A stretch of 64,000 nt of DNA, taken from positions 22,332,954 through 22,396,953 of the forward strand of contig CP154954.1 of assembly GCA_039621445.1 (NCBI GenBank). The letters are read 5' to 3'. Made by a program: the position numbers and the translations under genes. The notes under the pieces are model-generated. The model saw only the letters and a program-made list of their open reading frames with translations, made no database searches and was not told the DNA's origin. The DNA comes from Euglena gracilis (lineage: Eukaryota). Shown piece after piece: positions 20,360 through 45,099 of the stretch (positions are counted from its first letter, which is position 1; each line of letters starts with the position of its first letter).

Positions 20360-22929
20360 TAAGAAAAAACCTGCCAAGAATAGTAATACGTGGCCGTGGA
20401 GATCAGGCAGTAGACTTTGGTCATTTTGACCCCTCCCCCCCCTATGGTGAAGTTCACCGTTTGAAAGTTCACTGGGGGGTCCCGGACCCCCTCCCCCCCC
20501 CCTCTGCCTAACCATCGGTGAACTTCACCAGTGAAGTTCACCAAGAGAGCACTTTTTGGCCAAAAATGGCCAAAAATGACATTTTTGGGCAAGTTTTCGG
20601 AAATTTCGATTAAATTCCATGAAGCATCAACCTCAAAATGACCATTTTGAGAGGAAAGGAGAAAAATTTCATGGACTGGACTGACTGGACTGGTCCAGTC
20701 AGTCCAGTGGCTGACTGGACCCCCCCCCCCCCCGCGGGGGGGTCCAGTCAGCCTCCTGGCACCTTTTCTCCTGCCAGCATCTCCCAGCTGGGCTACGGAC
20801 CGGGGGTTGAGTGGGCAGCCGGTAGGACACACCCCCTGGACCCCCCACCCCCAACACTGTTTTTCCAGCCAGCACCTTTTTCCAACCAGCACCTTTTTCC
20901 ACCTAGGGCTGGACCCCTCTCCCGGGGGGGGGGGGTCCAGTTTTTTTTCCCCCCAACTCCCCGACTCCCCGTCAGGTCCGAGTTACTCACCTGCGAAGGG
21001 CAAAACTGGCAGGGGGCGACAGAGGGCCTCTGGGGTGCATTTGGTTTGGCAGACATGAATAAAATCCGAAATAATGCACGTTTTCTTGAGATATTTTCGA
21101 AAAATCGATTTTTTTTTTACCGAATATCTCACCCTGGCGAAATGGTAGGGTCAAACTGGGGGAGTTATCTAATCCTACCCTGCCGACACGCCTGGCCCAT
21201 GTTCCGGCCGGCGCGCTTTTGTGGCCCAAAACGGCCATTTTGGGTTGTTTTCGGGCCGTTTTCGGCCATTTTTGGGTAAAATAAAAATCGAAAAACTGTG
21301 GACCTAAAATAAAACCACGAGGACCCTCTATCGCCTCATATGTGCCGCCAGGGCTATACGCGCCAGGGCTGGGCCAGGCCACCGGGCCTTGGCCGGGCTG
21401 CGCCGGGCCGGGCCGGGCTGGGCTAAGCTGGGTCGCCGCCCTTGGGCCGCGCTGGGCTGCTTCCTCCAATTTGCCAAATTGAGCTGGGCTGGGCTGGGCC
21501 GCCAGGTTGGGCCGAAGGTCAGCCCTATGCCTCAATTGATACACAATGATCGTTATGGATTCAACCGGGGGAGGAGGGTGGGGATCAGACCGCCTTTACA
21601 AATTGCCCTCATGCAATCCTGACTCTGACCTGGCCATTTTTCCCGAGCAAAAAAATTTGCCCGAGAAATTCACCTCCCCCCAAATTGTGCATTTGGCCAA
21701 AATGGGGTACCACGTGGCAGATTGCCATCCTCCAAACCACCACTCAATCCAATTCAAAATTTAAGTCACTCCCACCATTTTTGAAGGTATTTGAAATTTT
21801 CAGGTTTTTTTTTACCAGGGAATTTCTGAAGCACCCCCCCCCCAAAATGGCGGGGGACCATCAGGGTAACTGCTTTTTCCTTTTGGAGAACAAGAAGTGG
21901 GGAAAGAGTGGTCCAGACCCCCCCAAACTGGATCATCTGGCTTGTAGGTGAGGCATATGGTTATACGGCAGACCTGCAGCACTGCCCGGCCCACTGACCC
22001 AGCGGGGCCGGCAACATGGCCCGTGGGATTGGCTGGCCGGCCCGACCTGGCCCGGGAGCCGGGTGGCCCAGCAGTCCATGTCTTGAGCCAGTGGCCTGAC
22101 ACGGGTGCACACAGCAGGGAAAAAAAGAGCTCTGCACTGAACTAAACCTGGTCCCCCCCCCTAGATGGGGTGTTCGGACCCCCCCCCCCCTTGGCGTGTT
22201 TCCCCCGCGACCCCCCCCAGGACTCCCGTGACCCACTTTGCACCTAATTTGTCCTTCCAAAAGTACAAAAAATCCACATGAAATCCACATTAATTGGGAA
22301 TTTGCAACCCAATTAGGAACCAAACTTCCTAATTGGACCTATTTTTGGGTGCAAATTCCTCTGCCTCATGCAGCAGTGCCCCAGCCAGCTCTGCTACAGT
22401 GCGCCGTGGACATGGTGGATATTTTCATCACAGCCCCCCCCCCCCCCATGTAGTCGCCAACCCCAGCTTACAGGGAGGTGAGATGGTCCATACTGGGGTG
22501 GGTGGCCTTAGACGATGGCAACCTGTCAATGCAGGCTGGGAGGGCAGTGACAGGTCAAAGTGGCCATTTTGGGCCAAAAATGGCCAAAATGGCCTAAAAT
22601 TGCCCAAATGGCCACCGGGGTCGGGGTTAAAATATTTCAGCCTGGGACTTTGTGCTTTGCCTCCGGGCGATCACCCAGACCACGGCACTGTTTAGGTGGG
22701 GTGTCCCCCCCTTCCTGGACCGGAGGGGGGAGTGCATGTTGATTTCACCAGTTGTTCAGTCGGCCGACTCAACAGTCTTATGTGTGTCGGGGAGGATTTG
22801 GGTTGGTGGACAAATTGACCCTTTTTAGTCTTTTCCGACTTTCAAATACACCACAATGCGTCCAAATGGCATTAGTGTCGGAAATACAGCAAAATGATGT
22901 ATTGTAAATGAGGATCCCCGGACCAAGCA

Positions 22930-23575
22930 CCTTTGATGATGCTGGGCAATGCTGAGTGATGCTAGGCGATGCTGGGTGATGCGGGCATTTTTTTGCACAC
23001 CTTGAAGACTTAAACCCACTTTTAGGAGTAATAAGCAATCATTTTCCCACAAATTTCATGTTATACCAATTTTGGCAATTTTGACTTAATTTTTGCTAAT
23101 TTGGGTGAATATGAGCAAGTTTATGGCATTTTTGGCCTTTTGTATGCTATTTTGGTTATTTTTGGCATTTTTTTCCCCATTCCCTTTTAGTCATTTTGCG
23201 GATATTTTAGGTAATTTCAAGCCGTTTTAGGTGGTCTATTTTCTTGGACTTTTTATGATCATTTTTTTGGGCTTTTGTGGTCATTTTGGCTATGGAGTGG
23301 ATGCAGATGCCGGACAAGGTGCAACCGATGCAGATACTAAATGTAGTGGATGTAGACACTGATGCAGTTACTGGAGTGGATGCAGAGACTGGACAAGATG
23401 CAGTAAACACAGAGACTGGAGAGGAAATGGGCCCAAGGCAGTAAAAGTGGCGAGAAAACAATGAGAAGCAATCAAAAGCATACCTAGTAGCAGCCGCCAG
23501 CCAAAAATCTGGTGAAATTGGGGAAAAGTAGCCAAAAGTAGCCAAAAGTGGCCAAGAGTGACCAAAAGTCACAAG
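22930..23575. repeat. Dispersed repeat family, related copy at ~57550-58510
   Basis: Both loci show the same order: GATGCTGGGC reiterations, T-rich TTTTGGCC tract, GGATGCAG/CTGGAG reiterations and CCAAAAGTAGCCAAAAGT tail. Confidence 0.65.
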
Positions 23576-24197
23576 CAGGTGAATGACTAAACTTGGATAG
23601 AAGCAGCGGATGGGGACAAATATTGTTTTCTTCTTCTTAACCTTTTTTGCAGGTTCCTCAAATCACTGAGCCACTTGTTCATGGAAGTGGAGGGGTTCTT
23701 CAAAGTCAAACACCTCATTTTTTTGGCCAGCCAAGTGGAATCAGCCGAAGCGTTTTCATTCTTCCAAGAGCATTCTTGCTTTTGGTTCGCGCGTTCCGTG
23801 TGTTTGCAAACATTGTAGAGTGTGAACCTGTGTGTGGCTGTGAATGTTTTTTTTCTTCTTCGAGTAAAGCCTTGCAACATCACATTTTTCTCCATCAGAA
23901 AGTATTTTGCTTTTTGCTTGTGAAAATTATGCAATTCTGTTGAGGGATGGAGCAGAAGGGGGCAATGACATCACAAAGAGAAGAAAATTCAGCAAATAAT
24001 GGAAACAAATTGGAGTTATGATGAAAACAATGACATACAATGTTTGGCATCCTTATTTCTTTGAAAAGTTATTTGACTTGTGCAACTGACCCACACCACC
24101 ATGTTTGTGGTTTTTTTCATCTCACGTTATGGTGGAAATTTATTAACATTTTTCCAGCAATTTTTCTTTTACACATTCTCTGGCAATCAAGCGTACC

Positions 24198-25045
24198 ATG
24201 GCCTCCATCGGAACAACAAGGACACGTTAGGATACGGTGTTTTTACTAGTTGCAGCCTGCATATAAATGGTGCGTGCAACTGCTGGACCGGAAATTCCAG
24301 AATTTCAAAAATGGAGGCACAATGAATTTTTTGTGTGAATTTCTTGTTCTTTCTGGTTTCAGGTATTGTGAAGAGGACTTATTTCAAGCGTCCCTGAAAA
24401 CATATTTACTATATTTTCAGGGGCAAAAACTATTCAGAAGTCCAGCGTTTTTTTTTTTGAAGTTTGGTGACACGGGGAGGGGGGGGGTGGGTCTCTCTCT
24501 CTGGGGGGGGTTTATGCCGAGTGGGTACCGCTGGGATACTCACTCCTTTCTTTTCCTCTATTTTGGCGTGGAGTGCCAAAATAATTTTTTGATCCCAGAA
24601 TTGACCGCCCAAAAGAGGACCTGCAGGTGTGTACGGACCGCCCGAGGTCCCAAAAAAGCCTCTGCGCAAGTCCTCCCAAACAATCCTCCTGAGTCCATCC
24701 CAGAAAGGCCCCGAGGACGGGAAAATGCGCTTGCACATGTGCTGCTGCAGCAGCTTTGGAATTTGCTCCAATTGGAGAAGCAAAAGCAACAACACCGGCA
24801 AATCAAGTCCTCCCAGAAGGCGAGTTTCTTGCACAGCTTCTGGCCAAGGATATATCTCCATTTTGAACGTGTTTCAGGAAAATTGGTAAGATGGGTTAGT
24901 GAGTATACTTTACCCATTGTGATTAGTCTTTCATTTCACGTGCTTGCTTGGTTTGCTGCTTAAATCATTGTCCACATTCGCCTCTTTTGTGCCTGTCTGT
25001 CTGTCTGTCTGTCGGTCGGTCTGTCTGTCTGTCTGTCTGTCTGAC

Positions 25046-25086
<41 letters not shown>

Positions 25087-28000
25087 ATTTGCAGCCAGTT
25101 CGTTGAGGAGAGAACAGAGGTTTTGTGCCACCTCAAAAATCAAATCGGGGTTCATTGGATGTGCTTGTGCCTATATATATATATGTATATATATATGCAT
25201 CCATCCATCCATCCATCCATGCATTGTTTTTGAAACCAAACACAGGTAAGTTTGGGACATTTGTCCTTGGCAAAGGGGTTGAAAGCTCCAATTGTGAAAG
25301 AGGATGTACCTGCTGAATTCGTTGTGTACCTCACTGGGTACCTCATCAGGCATGCCCAAAAGGGAAAATTGCCTTTTGTTTTTTTCACTTTTTTTTGAAA
25401 AGGGAAAGCACACAACTACTGGTCCCACACCTGGGATACAGGCATCGTCGGAGAAAAAGAGACCATTATTCCAATGAACCCTTTCAGAATGCAAGTGCAC
25501 AAGAACAATTGGCGAAGGTGTATTTCTGACCTAAGAGAAATGCAAAGGAAGGCAAAATCATTTTCAAAAGAGCACACTGAAAATAGCTAAGGAGATACAG
25601 TCTTTGCTGTTGGACCGGATGGTGCATACCCTGAAATAGACCTCAGATTTCAGGGCATGCATTCGGCAGGCTAAACACGCTGTTGGACTTCACACCAGGC
25701 GAATGTTTCACTGGCGACTTGTGACCTGATTTCAGCTGAGGAGTTTGAATTATTTCCCAATCCTTGGTGACCGCAAAGGAATGAAGAGAAATGAGCGACG
25801 GACGGGAATGCAACAACGTCTTTGAACCTCCACTAGACTCTTTTAAAGAACCAAGAATAAGATCTCTTGGTTTTATTGTATTGACCTTGCACTGCCATCA
25901 TGTGTGGTGGTCGCCATTGCCTCACAGCCATCTCATTCTGTTTTGTGCATTTGCATTTTAGGTTTGACAGTGAATGGCGCTCATGGTGGCGCGACCAGAT
26001 CAAACGCACCCCTTCATATTACCGCCCGGCTTACATATTCGACAGCAACACCCGCCAATTGATGGTCCGCGAGAGGTACCGCGAGGTCACACGCGCCTTA
26101 CGTCTCAGGTCTTCCCCCCAATTCTCCATGTTTCGATCTTGGAATTTGCATGGTCTGTTATAAGGCAAGGCCGACCCACCCCGGGGGAACTTCCCCCCAA
26201 AATTTTCTCCATTTGTGGCACTTTCACAGACAGCCCTGTCTGTAAAGGTCTTTCTGACATTTCCCTCTGTTGTACTTCCCTGTCTTTTGAGGAAGGGCAC
26301 CACCGCCTTTTTTTGCCCCCTTTTGCCCCCCTTTCCCCCCCTTTACCCCTTCTTTTTATTTATGGTATTATTATTTTTGTTTTGGGTTAATTACTGTTTT
26401 CAATTGCATGCAGTTTGTCCCTGTTGGAGCCTTTTGCGTTTGACGGCGGCCTCACCTATCTCAGGCTGCAGTGTGTGCAGACGAAGGACCTCTGCCGTCT
26501 CCTCTACACACTGTATGGCCCTCTGCCGGGGAAGTCCCCCAAACATCAGCTGGCCATCCTTTTCTCTTTCGTGGACACCCATGGGCGCACCTTGTGTTGC
26601 TTGCCATTTCCCAGATCTGTTGCGCCCTGAATCCGACTTTTTCGATAATTTGGAAGCGTGTAGATGTTCAATTTGCTTCCGTGACGTGGCAGCTGTGCCA
26701 GGTTGGGTTTTGATTCTGGGGTTGTTTTTTTTTTCCCGCAAGGGGGTACTGAGGACAGCCACAACCGTTGGGCAGGGTTTTTGGTGTATAAACTCTGCCA
26801 GAGGGGAAAGGAAGAACCGCCTGCTCCAAAATAAAAAGCAGCATGTAAAAAGTCTGATAGACAACAGGACCCCACAGTGGATTTTGTCGTGATGTCAAAA
26901 ACCGCCCCCACTCCCCAAATGCGCCGCCCAGGACAGTGTTCAATGTGAGGAGGGTGTTTGGGATGTAGGTGCATATGTCGAAGCGTCAGGCTGACAAAGA
27001 ATGAGTTTTTTTTGTTCGACTTTGTTTGAGAAGATTGCAACTAATTTTTGGTGAAATAATTGACTTTTTTTTGGGAAAGCCCCCATGCACACCTCATCAA
27101 TAGGACCTGACCAGTTGAGGGGGGCCAGAAACCCTACACATCAGGCTGAACATCAGTTGCTCTGTTTTAGTGGGTCTTTGTCTGTTCCCAATTCTCAGAG
27201 GAAGCGCCCCTTAGACCAACCCCCATGCACAGGTTTTCTCCCAGGGAGGGCGGCCCTTGGGCCCCAATTTTTGAGTTGTTATTTCAAACCTTGGTTTTCG
27301 ACCAAAAGTGACTCATACGCCCCCCGGGGTTTCACAAATCAATCAGTTGTGGGTGGAAACCCGACAACCAACAACTCAAAAAATTGATTGAAACCTTCGC
27401 AGCGGGAGGTCCCAAAAACCAGGAATTTGGGTCTTTTTGGTGCCCTACCAAGATCAAACTCTCGGAAAGACACCTTCCAACCCTCCCCGGGAGACTGCAT
27501 CCTCTGAAACTGTCCTCCCTGAAAAACTGCCCTCTACCCTCTGCACCCTCTAACCTGTCCTCATAGGAACCCGTCTCCCATCTCTGTAGGCGCCGATTTG
27601 TCTGGAGGCAGTTTCCCTGGGCGAGACACCCAAAACCCAAAACCCAGCCATCGCTGGTGTATCATCCTGCTGTGCGGAAAGCAAAGTACAGCAGTGAAAC
27701 CGAGCCTGAATTTTCATTCGTCAGGGTTTCTTTTTCAGACGATTTAACTGTATTGACGGAGACCGGTGCTGTGGTGAGTCTTTGCTGCTCGACTGCTTTT
27801 CGACAGCAAATAGGGATTTTCTCCCCCTTGAAAGGAAGGGCAGATCATAGGGTTTGAAGGAATGTCTTGTGTGGCCATCCTGTCATCCATGTAACCCTGT
27901 GGCTCGACCACGACACTTTCAAAAGGATTTACTGAAGATCAACGCTGGCGTGGGTGTGGTTATCCTGTGGCTGTGGTGTGGCTACACTGTAGCTATGGTG

Positions 28001-28199
28001 TGGCTGTGATGTGGCTGTGCTGTGGTTGTGGTGTGGCTATGGCCGGGGCCGCCGCCAGCCCGCGGACCTCATCATCGCCGCGCTGCGGCAGGAGCTGGCA
28101 GAGAACGGCCTGCGGCTGAGCCCGACGGAGGTGAAGCTGAAGTACTCTACGTACGAGCGGATGCTGCAGCCGAAGCCCTTGAAGGTATTCCAAACCTGA
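24198..28199 (+). CDS. Multi-exon gene for an unknown protein (5' exons tentative)
   Basis: Exon-like blocks: MASIGTTRT|KWCVQLLDRKFQ (tentative), 25961-26105 FDSEWRSWWRDQIKRTPSYYRPAYIFDSNTRQLMVRERYREVTRAL after a TTTAG acceptor, 26430-26545 FDGGLTYLRLQCVQTKDLCRLLYTLYGPLPG, and GC3-rich last exon 28059-28199 PADLIIAALRQELAENGLRLSPTEVKLKYSTYERMLQPKPLKVFQT*. Confidence 0.55.
24993..25082. repeat. (CTGT)n microsatellite
   Basis: Seen directly in the sequence. Confidence 0.95.
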
Positions 28200-28793
28200 T
28201 CAATTCAGCTTGGTCTCTTTGAAGAAGACAGAGCAGTAATGCAGCACACTCAAAAAGTGCGGATGGAATATGAATGCAAAAATTAACAGAATAAATGAGA
28301 TTAAATCGATGCGTTTTTTTTTGCGGGAGAGAGCGTGTATGTATGTGTATGTAAGCATCTCGCCAAGAATTCAAGCAGACATAAGCATACAACATCCGAA
28401 CGTTGATGTTGGTTTCTTTTCAGGTTAGAATGGTGCAGCCATCTGGGGATGGGATGAAAATGTCTGTGGTCCATATCTTCAACCTATGATGCTCAGGAAC
28501 GCAGAATGAAACACACACTGTGACATTGTCCTCGCTCTTTACACTGAAATTTTGTGTTGTTTTGTTTTCTTATCATCAAATCTTCATCAAATCTTTGTAT
28601 TGGTTCAGAATTATCTGCTGGAGCGAGCCAATTTGCTTGTCAAAGATTGATGAATCAGGGTATCGGATGAAGAAGGCAATGGTGGAAGTTCAAGGAATGG
28701 ACCAATTTCCAAATTTCCAACCTTTGCGCTCCTTTTCCGGAAGTCGGTCACCACACTCAGGTGGCTACAGAGTCAGTGTCGCTCATCAGTGGC

Positions 28794-39779
<10,986 letters not shown>

Positions 39780-42700
39780 CCCCATCTGCCAGGGTTCCCA
39801 CATAGGCCTGCCTGTGCCACTCTTTTGCGGCCAGTTTTGTTTTTACAAAGGAACATCTTTGCTGGAAAGTCATCTTTTTCAGTAAATCTCTCCTTCCATT
39901 TTTAAACCCCTGGGGTTCACAGGTTCTGCTTTTATAGGTCAACCGAAGGGGAGGGGGGTTATAAATGGGGGTTGCTGAGCTCTTATCCTTTATGGGTAAG
40001 AGCGAAGCTTACCCCTGGGGAAAAAAGTGGGGGGGTCGGACCCCCCCCCCCGGGTCGGGCCACCAGGAGAACCGGCGGATTATCACCATGATCCTGGCTC
40101 CGTTCCTGGAATTTTTTTTTCAGTCGCGAGCGACTGGATTTCTAGTTTCCGAATCACCTCCGTTTGACCCCCAACTCCCCGCCAGGCCCGAGTTATTCAG
40201 CCGCGAAGGGGCCCAAACTGGTTAGGATTGGCCCACCCCCCCCCCTTTCCGACCCTGCCATTTTACCAGGGTCCAAAAATCGGTCAAAAAATCGATTTTT
40301 CGAAAATATCTCGAAGCAAACGTACATTATTTCTGGAAATGTCGGCCTGACAAAATGTCCCCCTGGAGGCCCTCTATCACCCCCTGTTCGCCGTTTTGAC
40401 TGCCGACACGCCTGGCCCGTGTTCCGACGCGTTTTTGCGGCCCAAAATGGCCATTTTGGGGTGTTTTTTTTGAGCCGTTTTTTTTTCGGTCAAAAAATCG
40501 ATTTTTCCAAAATATCTCGACAATGAAGCAAAAAACACAGGAAGGAAGGAGAGCAAAAATGAAGCTCTTGGAATTCCCTATCCAACCATGGTTTACCCCC
40601 CAACTCTTTGTGTAGCCCGAGTTAAGGCGATTTTTCGGCCGTTTTTGGCCCATTTCAGGGACCATTTTGGGCTGTTTTCAGGGTCAAAAAGTCAATTTTT
40701 CCAAAATATCTCGGAAATGAAGGAAAACCAAAGGAAATGTCCCGAGACCTAAATTGAAGCCCTTACAACGCCCTACCTAACCGTATTTTGATTTCCCCGC
40801 AACTCCCCGCCTAGCCCGAAATATGGCCGATTTACGGCCCAAAACAGCGCGGCAGGCTTGCGGCACAGCCGTTTTCGGCCGTTTTTTGGGGGGGGTCAAC
40901 AAATCAATTTTTCTAAAACTGCTCAAAAATAGTGGGGAATCAAAGGAAATGCCCGAACACCCAAATTGAAGCCCTTAAAATGGCCTATCTAACTGTATTT
41001 TTGTATTTTGATTTCCCCGCAACTCCCGCCCAAAACAGCGCGACAGAGCCGTTTTCGGCCGTTATTTTGGGTCAAAAAATCAATTTTTCTAAAATTGCTC
41101 AAAAATGGTGGGGAATCAAAGGAAATGCCCTAACACCCAAATTGAATTGAGTTACGGCCATTTTTCGGCCAATTTTGGCCATTTTGTACAGTTTTGGCCT
41201 GTTTTGACTTTTTTTTTGACTTTGACAAACTGGCTGTTTTCAGCCATTTTGGGTCAAAAATGTCGGAAAAATTGAAAATTCTTTTTTTGCCCGGAACCAT
41301 GTTTTTTTGGCCTCCCGGACCCGGAAAAACTTTTTGAGCCGAAAATGAGCGTTTTTTGGCCTGCCGCACCCCGTTTTTGGCCGCAGACCCATGGACTTCA
41401 GGTCAAAAATGGGTCAAAAAGTCGAAAAAATTTGAGATTTTTTTTGCCCTTCCGGACCCGGAAAAACTGTTTTGAGCCAAAAATGAGCGTTTTTTGACCC
41501 CCCGTTTTTGGTTCGGGTCAAAAAAAAAAAAAACGGGTCAAAAAGTCGGGAAAAAACCAATAAAACCGGTGTGGGGTGTATGTAAAATTTCATAAACATT
41601 TCAGAAATTACCGTAAAATCACTGAAAGTCACTGTGAATTGCAAGACTGTTATTTTGCGTAATTTATAATTTACAAATTACACGAAATTTGCAATGCTAG
41701 TCTTTTCGGCCTTCCATTACATGCATGTCCCATTAAGAGCTCAGCACTATTTAAAACCTGGTTTACAACTCAAGGAATTTTTGGTGAAAATCCGACCCTC
41801 CAAAATGACCTCAGGACCCCTCAATTTGGCAATTTTCGGCAAAATTTGTCAAAAATGGCATTCTCAATGATGGTCAGCCACAATGAAATTGCCACAAATC
41901 AGTTTTGGGAGGTTGTCCCAGCGGCTTTCCTTTTTCATCCCTGGGGAGGTATCAGTCAAGGTTTGGTTTGTTGGCCCGAGGGGGGTTTGTGAGTGGGGGG
42001 GGGGTCGCTGAGCTCTTATCTCTTCAACCCCCCCCCCCAACAGAAGCACGGGTCCGCTGCAAGCGCAGGGTCCAAATAAAAGCGCACCCACCGCCGACGA
42101 AGGCAGAGTTCCACTACAAGTTCATACTCCCATTTTGATGGTATTCCTGAAGGAAATTAACAAAAAATCACGCAGATAGGGTCCAAATAGAAGCGGGCAA
42201 ATGTGCATTTTTTACATTTTTTTGTGTATTTCGATTTTGGCAAAATTTGCATTTTTTGCGATTTTTTTGCGTTTTTTTTGCGATTTTTTTGCATTTTTTT
42301 GTGTTTTTTTGCGTCCCGTTTTTTTGAGGTCCATGTTGTGTCCCCCCCCCCTGAAGAAGAAGCACACCCCTCGCTAGCAGCAGGCAGCAGCGACAAAAAA
42401 GGCCATGTTTTGGCAAAAATGGGTCGACCTCGGGGAAAAAAGTGATTTCCGGCACCCTTGGACCATCGCCCATCCACCCAAACCGTCAAAAAATGCATTT
42501 TTCGACTTTTTTGGTTTTTTACCCTGTTCGATGCCCAGATCGGCCGTTGGCCGTCCCGTAGGCCCAAGGGCGTCCTTAAGCGGCGGTCCTTAAGGGGAAA
42601 AAAACTTCGCTTCCCTTGTGGGCCGACCTGGGGGGGGGGTTGGCTAAATCCTACCCAGTTTTTTGGACCCTTGTCTGCTGAATAACTCGGGCCTGGCGGG

Positions 42701-44231
42701 GAGTTGGAGGTCAAAAGGACTCAGGTCAGAAGGAAGTGATTCAAAAAGCTGGGATACAGTCGCTAATGATTTAAAAAAAAAATTCGGGAACGGGTCCGGG
42801 GTCATGGTGATAAGCCACGGTCTGCTTATAACGGAATTTTTCCTATGAATTTTTCATTGAATGTGCTGGAACGGGAAGTTTTTTTTTTTCGTTGAGGACC
42901 GCCCTGCCCCCCCCCCCCCCCCAGTTTCGACTTTGCCTTTTCCCCATGGTGAGATTTTTGGTCAAGAAATCGATCTTTCAAAAATACCTCGAGAAAACCT
43001 ACATTTATTTTTGAAAGTGTCCGGACGGCTAAATGTACCCCTGGAGGCCCTCTATCGCCCCTTGTTTGCCATTTTGGCCAGTTTCCACCGCCATGCCTGC
43101 CCGTGCTCTGGCTCGTTTTTTTCGGGGTGTTTTAGTCAGCTTTTCTTTTGGCAAAAAAAATCGATTTTTTCCCTTCAAAATATCTCAAAACGAAGCAAAA
43201 TGAAAGGAAATGTCCAGAGGCCAAGAATGGAGCCTTTGTAATGCCTATCCAGCCATGCTTTGTTTTTTTTTTAACTCTTCATGTGGCAAATCTCCTTTTT
43301 AGGGGTCATTTTGGGGTAAAAAAAATCGATGTGTTTCCAAAGCACCCCAAAAACGAAGGAAAATCAAAAGGAAAATGTCTGGCGACGTAAAACAAAGCCC
43401 TTCGAACGCCCTGTCTAACGTTATTTTGATTTCTTTGCAACTCCACGACTGGCCAGAGTTATGGCCATATTGAAGCCGTTTCCCTACAATTACTCTGCTG
43501 TTTTGCCCCATTTTGATTTCGCCATTTTTGGGCCATTTCGGGGTCAAAAAATCAAAATTCAAAATTTCTTCAAAAATGGTGGCCAATCAAAGGAAATCAC
43601 TGGGGACATAAAATATAGTCCCTGGGACCCTCTAACACCCCGCTAGGCCACCATTGCCAGCTATGTGCCTGGCCGCTGGACCACCACGCCCCAGCGGGGC
43701 CGAGCTGGGCCGGGCCAGGCCGTGCCGCGCTGCACGTCTGCCGGCAACCACACGTTTCAAACGTCCGCTGCTTCATGGCACGTCAGGCAGGTAAAGAGAG
43801 CTCAGCATTACACAAAAATCTAGTTTACAGACAAACATGTCCAAGGCTGCTTATTTTTCCGGTTCAGAAGGGCATACATTATCTGGTTTTTTTAGTAATA
43901 CGCACCGCATCCGTGTGGCAGACCCCATCTGCCACACCCCCAGCGTACGCTGGCCTGGCTGGAGCCAGATTGAAACCGTCTGGTCTGGGCAAAACTGTAC
44001 CACATTGCCTCGCGGCCAATGGCTTCCGCCTGCCCGCTGGCCCATACTGCGCCTGACTCTCACCCCCTCCCCTATTATGAACAAGGCAGGCGCAGTGAAT
44101 TTTTGAAGGTCCAGAGGCGGGGTTTTCCTTGATTTTTGGTGCGAAGCCCCAGAAGAGTTTTTGGGCCCCAGAATTGACACCCAACCCCCGAGCCCTGCCC
44201 CCCTGTGGGGCCCCCAGGGGACCCCAAGAAG

Positions 44232-44616
44232 CAGGGCAGAACGGGAATCGGCCAAACAGCCAGGGTGGTGGGGGGGGTCGACCCCCCCCCCCACCCCTGC
44301 ATGCTGGGGGGGGGGGCTCGGCCCCCCCCCCCCCCCACCACCTCTTCCCGTATTTCCGGGAGTTCCAATTTTTGGACCCGAAAATTTTTTTCACCCCCCT
44401 GAAATTTTTGAGATTTTTTTTTGTGAAAATGTGGTTTTCCATCAAAAAATCATGTGTTTTGGGTTCATTTTTCAAAAAAAATCAAAAAATTTCCGGCCAA
44501 AATCCCCGTTTTCCTGAAGTCGGTGAAAATGCTGTGGTGGGTTGGGGGTCTCCCCCCCCCCCCACCTCCCGTGTGGTTGGTCGACCCCCCCCACCAGGCC
44601 TTCCTGTTCTGCCCTG
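44232..44616. mobile_element. hAT-like MITE
   Basis: TIR CAGGGCAGAACGGGA / TCCTGTTCTGCCCTG (14/15), TSD CCAAGAAG / CCAAGGAG (7/8). Confidence 0.88.
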
Positions 44617-45099
44617 CCAAGGAGTGGTGCCAGACCCCCCCCCCCCTGTGTCCCACATCTTTGGACCAGGGCTTGGGGGGAATGCAAATGCGTTTTTTGT
44701 GTTTCTCCCCAGCTTTCAATTTTTGCAAAAGTTGTATTTTTGATTTTTTCACCTGACAATTTATTGATTTCTGCTGGGAAAAATTTAGACGTAGAAATCT
44801 CTGCTTTTTGGAACTTTTTTTTCTGCCCGGAGACAAAATTGTTTTGTTTTTCTCCTTTTTTGCATTTTTGTCCAAAAAAGTTGCATAAAAAGTTGCATTT
44901 GAATCAGGATGTCCGAAATTCAACCGAAAAGGTAATTATTCTCTTGTGAAATTTCATTTTTGTTTTATTTGCATTTTTGTTGCGCAGTTTGTGTTTTTTC
45001 CCCTAGTTTTGATTTTTTTTTGTGGAAAAATGCGAATGCTTGTATAAATATGCGTCATATAAATATGTGCGATGCCGCAGAATGAAATAATTGCACTGG

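Noticed and set aside
39950-43760. Numerous 60-200 aa ORFs
   Set aside because: The region is a mosaic of homopolymer-rich dispersed repeats (similar pieces at ~18900-19450 and 20950-21340) with no exon-like codon bias.
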